A DNA stretch of 63,655 nt, filler included. It is 4 parts of 4 records of this genome, joined end to end, with 100 filler letters (N's around TTAATTAATTAA, not from the genome) between each part and the next. Parts side by side here need not be neighbours in the genome. Positions count along the whole stretch, not along the records: positions 1 to 15,144 come from DRR723986_4818; 3 more parts are not named here. One strand, given 5' to 3'. A program made the position numbers and the translations under genes. Position 1 is the first letter of the stretch; every line of letters starts with the position of its first letter. This document shows, in pieces, positions 1 to 9,232 of this stretch. The notes beneath the pieces were generated by a model. It searched no databases. It was given only the letters and a program-made list of their open reading frames with translations, and was not told the origin of the DNA.

Positions 1-80
1 GCGAGAGATCGGAACCCAAGCCGATTGGGCGATCAAAAACGACGAGAGATGCGAACCCAAGCCAATCGGGCTATAAAAAC
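1..80. repeat. Two imperfect tandem ~40-bp repeat units at the window edge
   Basis: CGAGAGATcgGAACCCAAGCCgattGGGCgatcAAAAAC (2-40) versus CGAGAGATgcGAACCCAAGCCaatcGGGCtatAAAAAC (43-80). Confidence 0.7.
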
Positions 81-91
81 CGGCGGGTGAT

Positions 92-895
92 CTAGCCAAC
101 CCGTTCAATGCTTACTTGCACGTCAAGTGTCTCTTGCCCACCCCCGGTGCGAATGCCACGAATTGGAGACGCACCTGTGAAGTCCTTGGCCACTGCCAAG
201 CGGCAGTGATTGCCCTGCACCAACGATTTGTGGGTTGCATCCACCCCTAGCCACTGCTGCCGTTTTTCATCGAATACTTCGACCCAAGCGTGGCTGTCGT
301 GCTGTTCCACATTGGGATTGAAAAAATAGCCACTCACATATCGCGCAGGAATGCCGTGTGCACGCAGGCACGCCAGCATCACATGAGAATGGTCCTGGCA
401 AACACCTTGTCCATTTTCAAACGCCTGCATCGCCGAATCAGCCACGGTGGTGCTGCCTTTGGTGTACACAACACGGTCCGCCACAGCATGGGCCAGAGTC
501 AATATCCTGTGGGTAAAAGGAATGTGTTTGTCCGTCACAAAACTCGCGAATTCACGCATTTCATCACTGAAACGCGTAAGCGGCGTAGTGGGGGTGTACA
601 CCAATGGATTGAGCGACAATGGCTGCAGGGGCACGTAACCATCATCGAGTGGATCAATTTCTACATGGCCATAGGACTGCACCGTCAGTTCCCTGTGCTG
701 CTGGTTCACCGAGAATGTTTGCACCGAGTTTCCATGATGGTCGCAGGCACTGTGATGTTTTGCAGGTGTTCTTATTTTCCAGTCAACAATACGTTGTTTG
801 TCGTCCTGCTGCGGGGTAAGGCGCACGTGCTGAATGCTGTACAGCACGGGCCAGGTGTAACGGTAGGTGGTGTGGTGTTGAATGCGCAGTTTCAT
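92..895 (-). CDS. Transglutaminase-like protein with bacterial transglutaminase N-terminal domain
   Basis: N-terminal IQHHTTYRY...VRLTP; catalytic triad motifs GVCQDHSH (Cys), SHAWVEV (His), GVDAT (Asp); start overlaps the alpha-E stop. Confidence 0.93.
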   Translation of the reverse strand: MKLRIQHHTTYRYTWPVLYSIQHVRLTPQQDDKQRIVDWKIRTPAKHHSACDHHGNSVQTFSVNQQHRELTVQSYGHVEIDPLDDGYVPLQPLSLNPLVYTPTTPLTRFSDEMREFASFVTDKHIPFTHRILTLAHAVADRVVYTKGSTTVADSAMQAFENGQGVCQDHSHVMLACLRAHGIPARYVSGYFFNPNVEQHDSHAWVEVFDEKRQQWLGVDATHKSLVQGNHCRLAVAKDFTGASPIRGIRTGGGQETLDVQVSIERVG

Positions 896-1851
896 GCCTC
901 AAGTGGTACCAGGAAATCTTTGCTGATCCGGTTGCCCAAATCATTGACGCGTTCAAGAAAGTTGGTCAGGTAGGCATGCAAACCCATTTGCAGAATGTCG
1001 TCGATTTGGCTGTACAAAAGCTCAGCGCGAAGCTTGCCTGCCCGACGCTCTGTGTTGGCCGAGTAATCGTTCCGAATCATTTCCAGGTTGGCACACACTT
1101 CATTCAATGAGGCCAACAGAGAGCGAGGCATGTCATCTCGCAGAATCAGCAATTCAGCAACGCGGTCGGGTGTGATTACATCCCGGTATACCTTTCGGTA
1201 TGTTTCGAAAGCAGACACCGAGCGCAAAATGGCGGCCCAGTGGTAATAATCGGCATGGGGGTCAGCAGTGCTCAAATTGGCCAAGGGGCTAAAAGGCATG
1301 CTGTGAAACTTCACATCCAACAATCGTGCGGTGTTGTCTGCACGTTCCAGAAACGTACCCAAGCGAATGAACCGGAATGCATCGTCTTTCAACATGGTGC
1401 CAATGGTGACACCACGGGACAAATGACTGCGAAATTTCACCCACTCAAAGAACTCAGAGGGGTCGCGTTCAACCGTGCCGTCAGCCAATACTTTCTTTAG
1501 TTCAAGCCATGTGGTGTTGTTGGTTTCCCAAACTTCGGTCGTTAACGCCCCGCGCACTGCGCGTGCGTTTTCCCGCGCACCTTGCAGGCAGCAGTAAATA
1601 CTGGAAGGGTTGTTGGGGTCTTTTACCATAAAGTCGATTACCGCTTCGGCGCTGACTTCATCGTGCCTTTGAGCAAACGCTTCGGTTAACTCGCAAATCG
1701 ACAGCATGGCTCGCCAGCCCTGTTCTGCATTCTCAGGATCTTGCGGAAGCAGGGCGGTTTGTACATTCACATCAAGCATGCGGGCGGTGTTCTCGGCGCG
1801 TTCAATGTAACGGGCCATCCAGAACAAATGGTCAGCAGTTCTACTCAGCAT
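892..1851 (-). CDS. Alpha-E domain protein (DUF403 type)
   Basis: MLSRTADHLFWMARYIERAEN start; two ER motifs (YIERAEN, FLERADN); lies between ATP-grasp and transglutaminase genes. Confidence 0.93.
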   Translation of the reverse strand: MLSRTADHLFWMARYIERAENTARMLDVNVQTALLPQDPENAEQGWRAMLSICELTEAFAQRHDEVSAEAVIDFMVKDPNNPSSIYCCLQGARENARAVRGALTTEVWETNNTTWLELKKVLADGTVERDPSEFFEWVKFRSHLSRGVTIGTMLKDDAFRFIRLGTFLERADNTARLLDVKFHSMPFSPLANLSTADPHADYYHWAAILRSVSAFETYRKVYRDVITPDRVAELLILRDDMPRSLLASLNEVCANLEMIRNDYSANTERRAGKLRAELLYSQIDDILQMGLHAYLTNFLERVNDLGNRISKDFLVPLEA

Positions 1852-1863
1852 CTTGTTTGCTCC

Positions 1864-3279
1864 TTATCGTTCCAGTACCCAGGTGTCTTTGGTGCCGCCG
1901 CCCTGGCTGCTGTTCACCACAAGCGATCCTTCTCGCAGTGCCACGCGGCTTAGTCCACCGGGGATCAGGCTGACTTTGCTGCCAGACAATACAAAGGGCC
2001 GAAGATCAATATGGCGAGGGGCCAGACCCTGTTCTACAAAAGTTGGGCATGTTGACAAGGCCAAAGTGGGTTGGGCAATGAATTTTGCAGGGTCTGCAAT
2101 CAGCTTTTGGCGAAAGTCTTCAATTTGCGCTTTGGTAGAGGCCGGGCCCACCAACATGCCGTATCCGCCTGCGCCGTGCACTTCTTTCACAACCAACTCG
2201 GGTAGCTTGGCCAAAACTTCTTTCAAGTGGTCAGGTTTTCGGCATTGCCAGGTGGGTACGTTTTGAATAATCGGTTCTTCGCTCAAATAAAAGCGAATCA
2301 TGTCGGGCACATAGGGGTAAATTGACTTGTCGTCGGCCACGCCAGTACCAATTGCGTTGGCCAGAGTTACGTTGCCAGCGCGGTATACGGAAAGCAGACC
2401 GGGCACGCCCAATTGCGAATCCTCGCGAAATGCCAGTGGGTCGAGAAAATCGTCATCCAAACGGCGGTAAATAACATCAACACGTTTGGGACCCTGTGTG
2501 GTGCGCATGTAAAGCACTTCCTCATCCACAAACATGTCTTTGCCTTCCACCAGTTCAATGCCCATTTGCTGGGCCAGAAATGCATGTTCGAAATACGCTG
2601 AGTTGTACATTCCCGGTGTCAGTAACACCACCGTGGGGTCACTGCTGTTTTGGGGTGAAACTGAACGCAAGTTTTCAAGCAGATTGTCGGGATAATGCTC
2701 AACCGGGGCCACGCGATTGCGTGCAAACAGTTCCGGAAACAGGCGCATCATCATTTTCCGATTTTCAAGCATGTAGCTTACGCCTGACGGCACACGCAGA
2801 TTGTCCTCGAGCACATAGAACTCGCCTTCCCCAGCGCGCACGACATCCACACCAGCGATGTGGGCATAGATGTCGCCGGCCACTTTCACACCCTGCATTT
2901 CAGGGCGATACTGCTCGTTGTTGAAAATCTGCTCAGGCGGAATAAGCCCAGTGCCCAGAATTTTTTGTTCGTTGTAAATGTCTTTTAAAAACATGTTCAA
3001 GGCTTGAACACGTTGGCGCAAACCGGCTTCCAGTGTTTTCCATTCGGACGCTTTGATTACCCGCGGCACAATATCGAATGGAATTAACCTCTCAGTGCCC
3101 GATTCCTCGCCGTAAACGGCAAAGGTAATGCCTACCCTTCTGAAAATGAGGTCCGCCTCAGCACGTTTGTTCTGCAGCTTCTCGGGAGCCTGCATTTCCA
3201 GCCAGCGCGAAAAATCCTGATAATGCGGGCGAACCTCACCGCTTGGCGTGTACATTTCGTCGAAGGGTGTTGGTGACAT
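1864..3279 (-). CDS. Circularly permuted type 2 ATP-grasp protein
   Basis: Motifs GITFAVY, IPFDIVPR, VLEDNLRVPSGVSYMLENR, NSAYFEH, GVADDKSIY, VVNSSQGGGTKDTWV. Confidence 0.95.
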   Translation of the reverse strand: MSPTPFDEMYTPSGEVRPHYQDFSRWLEMQAPEKLQNKRAEADLIFRRVGITFAVYGEESGTERLIPFDIVPRVIKASEWKTLEAGLRQRVQALNMFLKDIYNEQKILGTGLIPPEQIFNNEQYRPEMQGVKVAGDIYAHIAGVDVVRAGEGEFYVLEDNLRVPSGVSYMLENRKMMMRLFPELFARNRVAPVEHYPDNLLENLRSVSPQNSSDPTVVLLTPGMYNSAYFEHAFLAQQMGIELVEGKDMFVDEEVLYMRTTQGPKRVDVIYRRLDDDFLDPLAFREDSQLGVPGLLSVYRAGNVTLANAIGTGVADDKSIYPYVPDMIRFYLSEEPIIQNVPTWQCRKPDHLKEVLAKLPELVVKEVHGAGGYGMLVGPASTKAQIEDFRQKLIADPAKFIAQPTLALSTCPTFVEQGLAPRHIDLRPFVLSGSKVSLIPGGLSRVALREGSLVVNSSQGGGTKDTWVLER

Positions 3280-3314
3280 AAGTTGATTATTCCTGTTCTG
3301 TGTAGTGATGAAGT

Positions 3315-3331
3315 AACAAGAAGCATGCCAA
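3315..3331 (-). promoter_or_regulatory. Putative sigma54 (-24/-12) promoter of the ATP-grasp operon
   Basis: Minus strand TTGGCATGCTTCTTGTT = TGGCAYG-N4-TTG(T), GG-N10-GT spacing, about 35 bp before the ATG; -12 is GT rather than GC. Confidence 0.65.
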
Positions 3332-3378
3332 GCGCACGCGGGCTGATTGTGTCGCGCACAGTCATAAAGTTAACAGTC

Positions 3379-5838
3379 TTACCGGCCTTTTGCACCGCTT
3401 TCGTGCATGTGCCAGTAGCGCCGACGTAGCGCGTGTGCATCGTCCACATCAGGTTGGAAGTTCAGGTGGTTGAACCTCCATTTCATTGCACCATTTTGGG
3501 CGGTGCTGAACCATTGGACGCCCATCGCCTCGTATCGTTCAATCACGGCTCTGTGCGGATGACCAAACTGGTTGTCCCAGCCAGCTTGTATCAGTGCATA
3601 TTCAGGCCGAACTGCTTGAAGAAAAGGCATGGTGGACGAGGTTTTGGAGCCATGATGCGGCACAATCAGAACACGTGATCTCAAGGCATTTGCGCCGTGT
3701 TGGGTTAGCAATGCCATTTCTGAAATCGCTTCGATGTCGCCGGTCAGCAGCACGCTGTGATTCGTATTGCTGACTTTTAACACGCAACTTTGATTGTTCT
3801 TGGCCAATAACTTTCGATTTGAATGAGCAGGTGTATCAAGCCCGATGGGGGTGAAAGTGACGCCATCCCAGGTCCATGGCTTGAGCTTGTGACATTGCGC
3901 TATGTCGCTTTTCAGGGTTTGTGCGAGCTGGTTTAAGCTGTGTTGTTTGTCGATCGAGGACGCGAACTGTACGGGCGGTGCCTTTTGTAGCAGCAGGGGT
4001 GCGCCGCCCGAATGGTCTGCATCATCATGCGACAGCATGAACATGTCGGCCCGCCGATAACCATGCGCTGCCATCCAGGGCAGCACTACACGCCGGGCCG
4101 AATCCGCACGCGCGTTGAACGCAGGGCCTGCATCGTAAATCAGCAGATGGTTTTGGGTTTGAATGCCGATGGCAGTACCTTGACCGACGTCCATCAAGGT
4201 CATCCAGAAATCATGGTGTTCGGGCCTTGGCGGTGGAAGTAGAAGCAGGGCAATCAGTGTGACTCCTGCCCACCTTGGAATCAGCCCCGCCGGCAGAATC
4301 AAAATCAAGCAACCCAAGCCCACCAGGCCGTTGACCCACCATGGCTGGTTGTGTATTGGCAAAGTAGCCCAACTCAATTCATTGAAGTACACAAGCCAAT
4401 CGCGTTGCAGTGAAAGACTGTCGCCCGCAAGCCAGAGCAACACGGGCTGTTGTGTAAGCCCACCGATCAGAGCCAGTGGCGTACTCACGAAACTCATCCA
4501 CGGAATGGACAGGGCGTTTGCCAAGGGGCTAATTAGCGACTGCTGGTTAAACAGCATCGCGCAGGGCAGTATCAATCCGATGGTCACCGTGTATTGGGCT
4601 TTCACCGCGTTGGCGATGAATTCATGCTTCGGTTTGATGAAGTGGTAGTGCCCTTGCGTGATGAAAATAAGGACTGCCACTGCACCGAAAGAGAGAATGA
4701 AGCCCGCATCCAGCACAGCCCAGTTGTCAAAGGCAAGGGTTAAAAACAAGGCGAGAAAAAAGGTGTCCCAACTGCTTTGCATGCCACCACGTACTTGCCC
4801 AACAAACAACGCAAACAACATGAACACCGTGCGTTGGGCTGGCACTCCCCAGCCTGCAACCAGGCCATACAACACCGCAAACAGCAATCCAAATGCGCTA
4901 CCTGCCAAAGGGGCCGGTACGCGAAGGCACAACCGGGTTGATCGACGCCAAAGCGCGCCAAACAGTTTGCCTGCAAGCATCGCAAACAGGGTAATGTGCA
5001 AACCGGAAATGGCAACCAAATGTGCAATACCAGTGGCACTGAACATTTCCCGATCCTCTGGGCTGATCAGGCCTTGATCACCCACCACCATGGCCAGCAC
5101 CAAGGCTTGCTCAGGGTGGCTTTGTAAAGCAGTGACGATTGTGCCTGCAATCTGTAGGCGTGCCCGTTCCATCCAGACCAGCGGGTTCAATGTGGTTTGT
5201 GCAGGCTGTTGTTCAAGCTTGCTTTTGAATTGAGCTGTGCCCGCAATTCGGTTGGCAAACCAGTGGCGATGAACATCAAAACCTACCAGTTGCAAAGGCG
5301 CCTTGGGCGATTTGATGCGAACGGTTGCCCGAAAATACTCGCCTGGCTGAAGTGCTCGATATGTGGATGCCGTTTCGACAAAAGTTTGCAAGCGCGCACC
5401 CGTGACCAGGCATTTGGTCGCAACCGCATGGTCTCGCGGCATGTGTTCGATCAACCAGGTTTGTGCGTTGTTGTCGCGAAACGCTTTTTCAAGAAGCTGA
5501 AATTCAGATTGAATGGTTTGCTTGTTGCAGGCCAGGGGCACTTGCGCTTGTTGATGCGCAGCAGTCTGAATGCCTGCACAGAGCTGTGCCATCGTAAAAC
5601 CAATAACAAACCAGCTGAGTTTTTCGGCGGCGTGCTCACTGACGCCTCCCCGAATACCCAACAACAGGATAACTGCCGACCACGCGAATAAAATGAGGCT
5701 TTTTCCCCCGAAAGTGTCGAAGGCCATGCCCCAAATCCAAGGCAGCGTGGCCTGGCTGTGAAACAGCAAAAGGCTAAGCAAGTAGGCTGCGGTGAACAGC
5801 GGCAGAGAAGGCACAACGCGGTTTCGGAGTGGAGGCAA
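3379..5838 (-). CDS. comEC: DNA internalization competence protein ComEC/Rec2
   Basis: TGIAHLVAISGLH competence-domain motif, many TM segments, C-terminal metallo-beta-lactamase domain (DVGQG, SHDDADH, LLTGDIE, PHHGS); start codon uncertain. Confidence 0.93.
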   Translation of the reverse strand: MPPLRNRVVPSLPLFTAAYLLSLLLFHSQATLPWIWGMAFDTFGGKSLILFAWSAVILLLGIRGGVSEHAAEKLSWFVIGFTMAQLCAGIQTAAHQQAQVPLACNKQTIQSEFQLLEKAFRDNNAQTWLIEHMPRDHAVATKCLVTGARLQTFVETASTYRALQPGEYFRATVRIKSPKAPLQLVGFDVHRHWFANRIAGTAQFKSKLEQQPAQTTLNPLVWMERARLQIAGTIVTALQSHPEQALVLAMVVGDQGLISPEDREMFSATGIAHLVAISGLHITLFAMLAGKLFGALWRRSTRLCLRVPAPLAGSAFGLLFAVLYGLVAGWGVPAQRTVFMLFALFVGQVRGGMQSSWDTFFLALFLTLAFDNWAVLDAGFILSFGAVAVLIFITQGHYHFIKPKHEFIANAVKAQYTVTIGLILPCAMLFNQQSLISPLANALSIPWMSFVSTPLALIGGLTQQPVLLWLAGDSLSLQRDWLVYFNELSWATLPIHNQPWWVNGLVGLGCLILILPAGLIPRWAGVTLIALLLLPPPRPEHHDFWMTLMDVGQGTAIGIQTQNHLLIYDAGPAFNARADSARRVVLPWMAAHGYRRADMFMLSHDDADHSGGAPLLLQKAPPVQFASSIDKQHSLNQLAQTLKSDIAQCHKLKPWTWDGVTFTPIGLDTPAHSNRKLLAKNNQSCVLKVSNTNHSVLLTGDIEAISEMALLTQHGANALRSRVLIVPHHGSKTSSTMPFLQAVRPEYALIQAGWDNQFGHPHRAVIERYEAMGVQWFSTAQNGAMKWRFNHLNFQPDVDDAHALRRRYWHMHESGAKGR
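3391..3407. promoter_or_regulatory. Putative NtrC-binding site inside the last codons of comEC
   Basis: TGCAC-CGCTTTC-GTGCA matches TGCAC-N7-GTGCA; a weaker site TGCACCATTTTGGGCGG lies at 3487-3503. Confidence 0.6.
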
Positions 5839-5904
5839 GCCCGCAAGCGTGCACCAAGGCGGTCAAGTTCACCAATAATGAACGCGATCGGGTGATGGCT
5901 TTGG

Positions 5905-6690
5905 TTAGCCTTGAAGGGCGAGGGCGGGCAACACACGTTGCGCGTTCAGTTGTGTTTGCCTGGACAGTACTTCCACGCTTGACTGACGCAGTTCAGCGAT
6001 TGTTTCTGCAATTCTTGGCAAATGTTCGGGCGCATTGCGTTGTTTGTTAATCCATTCAGGCGCAATGTCCGGTCCGTCAGTTTCAAGCACCATGGCACTC
6101 TCGGGCAGCTCGGCCGCCAATCTGCGCAATTGAAGCGCTCGAGTAAAAGTGCTCGCACCGCCAAATCCGAGACACATGTTCAAGTTCAGAAAATGATCCG
6201 CTTGCTGAAAGCTGCCATTGAATGCGTGGGCAATACCGCTGCGTGGTTTGTAAATTCGAAGGCCTTTTAAAACGGAGTCTTGCGCTTTGCGAACATGCAT
6301 CACCACCGGTACATCGAAATCGCGGGCCAATTTGAGCTGCGCATGAAAAAATTGAACCTGTTTGTCCCAGTTCAAGCCATGTACAAAGCCATCAAGTCCT
6401 ATCTCTCCCAAACCCGCGAATTTTGGATCGTCGATTGAGGCCTGAATTTTTTGCTTTAAAGTCAGCAGGTCTTCTTCTTTGGCTTTGTCGACAAACATGG
6501 GGTGTATACCCAAGCAATACACTGCACCCGGGATGCTGTGAGCAAGGCTTTTTACTTCATCAAAATTGAAAGCGCCTACGGCGGGTAATACAAACCGGGT
6601 AACATTCAGTTCTCGCGCACGTTGAACCACAGCGATGCGATCGCTGTCGTATTCAGAAGCATCAAGATGAAGGTGCGTGTCGGTCCACAT
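5905..6690 (-). CDS. TatD family hydrolase/DNase
   Basis: DTHLH, LGIHP, GEIGLD, HAFNG and LETDGP motifs. Confidence 0.92.
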   Translation of the reverse strand: MWTDTHLHLDASEYDSDRIAVVQRARELNVTRFVLPAVGAFNFDEVKSLAHSIPGAVYCLGIHPMFVDKAKEEDLLTLKQKIQASIDDPKFAGLGEIGLDGFVHGLNWDKQVQFFHAQLKLARDFDVPVVMHVRKAQDSVLKGLRIYKPRSGIAHAFNGSFQQADHFLNLNMCLGFGGASTFTRALQLRRLAAELPESAMVLETDGPDIAPEWINKQRNAPEHLPRIAETIAELRQSSVEVLSRQTQLNAQRVLPALALQG

Positions 6691-6705
6691 ACTTTAAAGT
6701 TTGCC

Positions 6706-7263
6706 ATGTTTCGTCGGAAAATTCGCAAGTACCTGCCAACGCCTGATCACTTTGATCAATTGGTGTGGGCGCGACCATTCAAACGCTTCCTGGGGCATCC
6801 CAATATTTGGGCGTTGAATCGAAAAAGCATCGCGGGCGGGGTCGCTGCCGGTTTGTTTTGTGGACTTATTCCAGGGCCCTTTCAAATTTTCGGCGCCCTA
6901 ATTTGGGTGCTGGTGGCCAAAGTCAATTTGCCAGTGGCCTTTGCGACCACCTTGTACACCAATCCCATCACGATTGTGCCTTTGTATATTCTCGCTGTGG
7001 CGTACGGCGATTTTCTATTGGGTGAAATAGGCGAGGGTACTGTACACCCGGTTCCAGATTGGAACTGGTCTGCCTGGGGTGATTCAACCCAGGCGATGTT
7101 GGACTGGATGTTGTCCATGGGACCTTCACTTGCAGTTGGTTTGCCCGCTTTGATGGTGACCTTGTCTGTCTTGGGTTACTTCAGCGTTCGCGTGGCCTGG
7201 AACATCGGCGTACGCTTTGCCGTAGTTCAGCGGCGAAAGCGGAGTTTCCCCACCACGCGTTAG
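6706..7263 (+). CDS. DUF2062 family membrane protein
   Basis: WALNRKSIAGGVAAGLFCGLIPGPFQ and YTNPIT motifs; ATG at 6706 avoids overlap with tatD. Confidence 0.85.
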   Translation: MFRRKIRKYLPTPDHFDQLVWARPFKRFLGHPNIWALNRKSIAGGVAAGLFCGLIPGPFQIFGALIWVLVAKVNLPVAFATTLYTNPITIVPLYILAVAYGDFLLGEIGEGTVHPVPDWNWSAWGDSTQAMLDWMLSMGPSLAVGLPALMVTLSVLGYFSVRVAWNIGVRFAVVQRRKRSFPTTR

Positions 7264-7272
7264 GATTCAGGC

Positions 7273-7962
7273 CTATTCCGGTTTTAACTCACCTTTTTCA
7301 AGCCTCAGCACCTTGCTGCATTTGCGCGCCAGTTCCATGGAATGGGTCACGATGATCACGGCTGATTTGTTGGCAGCCTTGCTGTGAATCAGGCTTTCAA
7401 ACACTTGGTCTGCCGTGTCTTGGTCCAAATTACCTGTGGGCTCATCGGCCAGAATCGCTTTCGGGTTGGTTACCATGGCACGCGCAATTGCCACGCGTTG
7501 GCGTTCTCCGCCAGACAATTCCGCAGGGCGGTGGTTAAGCCGGTGTTCAAGCCCAAATTGTTTAAGTAACACCGCACTTTTTTCACGCGCGGTTTGCTTG
7601 TTTTCACCGCCAATTCGAAGGGCCATGGCCACATTGTCCAGCGCATGAAATTCTGGCAGCAGGTGGTGAAACTGGTAAATAAAGCCCAGGGTTTTGTTGC
7701 GTTCAATGCCCAGTTTGCGAACGGACCATGGCTCGATGGCCTGACCTGCCCACAACACAGAGCCGCTGTCCGCTTTTTCAAGACCACCCAGCACATGCAG
7801 CAGGGTACTTTTTCCTGCACCGGAGGCACCCACGATGGCCACAGTTTCACCGGCCTGTACTTGAAAGTTCAGGTTTTTGATCACTTGCGTGGCCTGGTCA
7901 TTCGCGGTGATGCCTTTGAATGCCTTGCTCAGGTTTTTGGTTTCCAGAACTACATTACTCAT
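7273..7962 (-). CDS. lolD: Lipoprotein-releasing ABC transporter ATP-binding protein LolD
   Basis: Walker A GASGAGKS, LolD motif [24 protein letters not shown]; overlaps the permease stop. Confidence 0.93.
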   Translation of the reverse strand: MSNVVLETKNLSKAFKGITANDQATQVIKNLNFQVQAGETVAIVGASGAGKSTLLHVLGGLEKADSGSVLWAGQAIEPWSVRKLGIERNKTLGFIYQFHHLLPEFHALDNVAMALRIGGENKQTAREKSAVLLKQFGLEHRLNHRPAELSGGERQRVAIARAMVTNPKAILADEPTGNLDQDTADQVFESLIHSKAANKSAVIIVTHSMELARKCSKVLRLEKGELKPE

Positions 7963-9232
7963 AACGCAAGGCCTCCGCAGGTTCAGCGCGCGATGCACGC
8001 CAGCTCGGGTAAATGGTGCTGAGCACGCTGAGCACCAAGGCCACGGTTACGATGGTGACCACATCGCTTGCACGCGGGTCGGAAGGCAATTGGCTGATGA
8101 AGTAAATTGATTTTGGCAAAAATTCAATGCCGAGCGCACGCTCAATAGCCGGCACTATCGTGCCCAAATTAATAGCCAGCAACCAACCTGCTGTCACGCC
8201 CAGGAATGTACCAATCCATCCAACCAGTGCACCTTGCAACATAAAAATTCGCTGAATGGCAAAGGGGCTGGCGCCCAAAGTGCGCAAAATCGCAATTTCG
8301 CCGCGTTTGTCTTTTACAGTCATGACCAGCATGGACACGAGGTTAAATGCGGCCACTGCAATAATCAGGGTCAAAATAATAAACATCATGCGTTTTTCGG
8401 TTTGTACTGCGGCAAACCAAGTGCGGTTTTGCACTGACCAATCACGGACCCACACACTGGGTGGTAACTGACTTTCAATATCTCTGGCCACGAATGGGGC
8501 CGCATCCATGTCATTTAACTTCACACGAATACCGGTTGGGCCCAAGCTGCGATAAAAGCGTGCAGCGTCGTCGAGGTTCATCAAGACCAGGCCGCTGTCG
8601 TATTCATAGTGGCCAGTGCTGACCAACGCGGTAATTTCGAATGCCTTCAAGCGGGGAATCATGCCTGCGGGGGTCATTTGGCCGGAAGGCGCAATCAAGG
8701 TAATGCGGTCGCCCACGCTGACCCCGATCTGTTTGGCCAACTCGATGCCCAAAACCACACGAAATTCGCCAGCTTGCAGGTTACTCAGGCTACCCGAAAT
8801 GATTTCTTTGAAATCCGATACTTCCTGTTCTTGGGCGGGGTCAATGCCGCGAACGATGGCTGGGCGCAGCAGGTCTCCATGCGCCAGCATGCTTTCGCCA
8901 GCCACATAGGGAGCGGCACCGATTACTTTTGGGTTGGCAGCCTTGATCGCACCCAGCAGCGCTTCTGGGTTGTCAAACCCCTCTTGTGGTGCCAGTACCT
9001 CGATGTGCGCAATCACCGACAACATGCGGTCTCGAACTTCTTTTTGAAAGCCATTCATTACCGACAACACCACAATTAGTGCTGCCACTCCAAGCCCAAT
9101 GCCGGCCATGGACAATCCGGAGATAAAGGAAATGAACTTGTCACGGCTTCTGTGACCGCCACCGCGCACATAGCGCAGTGCAATTTCAACATCAAAGGGT
9201 AAACTAATCACAAATTGTCCCGAATTGTTCAA
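7955..9232 (-). CDS. Lipoprotein-releasing ABC transporter permease (single LolC/E family subunit)
   Basis: FISFIS...GVAALIVVLSVMNGF, EIAILRTLGA, C-terminal [18 protein letters not shown]; start uncertain. Confidence 0.93.
   Translation of the reverse strand: MNNSGQFVISLPFDVEIALRYVRGGGHRSRDKFISFISGLSMAGIGLGVAALIVVLSVMNGFQKEVRDRMLSVIAHIEVLAPQEGFDNPEALLGAIKAANPKVIGAAPYVAGESMLAHGDLLRPAIVRGIDPAQEQEVSDFKEIISGSLSNLQAGEFRVVLGIELAKQIGVSVGDRITLIAPSGQMTPAGMIPRLKAFEITALVSTGHYEYDSGLVLMNLDDAARFYRSLGPTGIRVKLNDMDAAPFVARDIESQLPPSVWVRDWSVQNRTWFAAVQTEKRMMFIILTLIIAVAAFNLVSMLVMTVKDKRGEIAILRTLGASPFAIQRIFMLQGALVGWIGTFLGVTAGWLLAINLGTIVPAIERALGIEFLPKSIYFISQLPSDPRASDVVTIVTVALVLSVLSTIYPSWRASRAEPAEALRYE

Noticed and set aside
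1..80. Possible CRISPR array
   Set aside because: Units are nearly contiguous with no spacers, only two copies, and there are no cas genes
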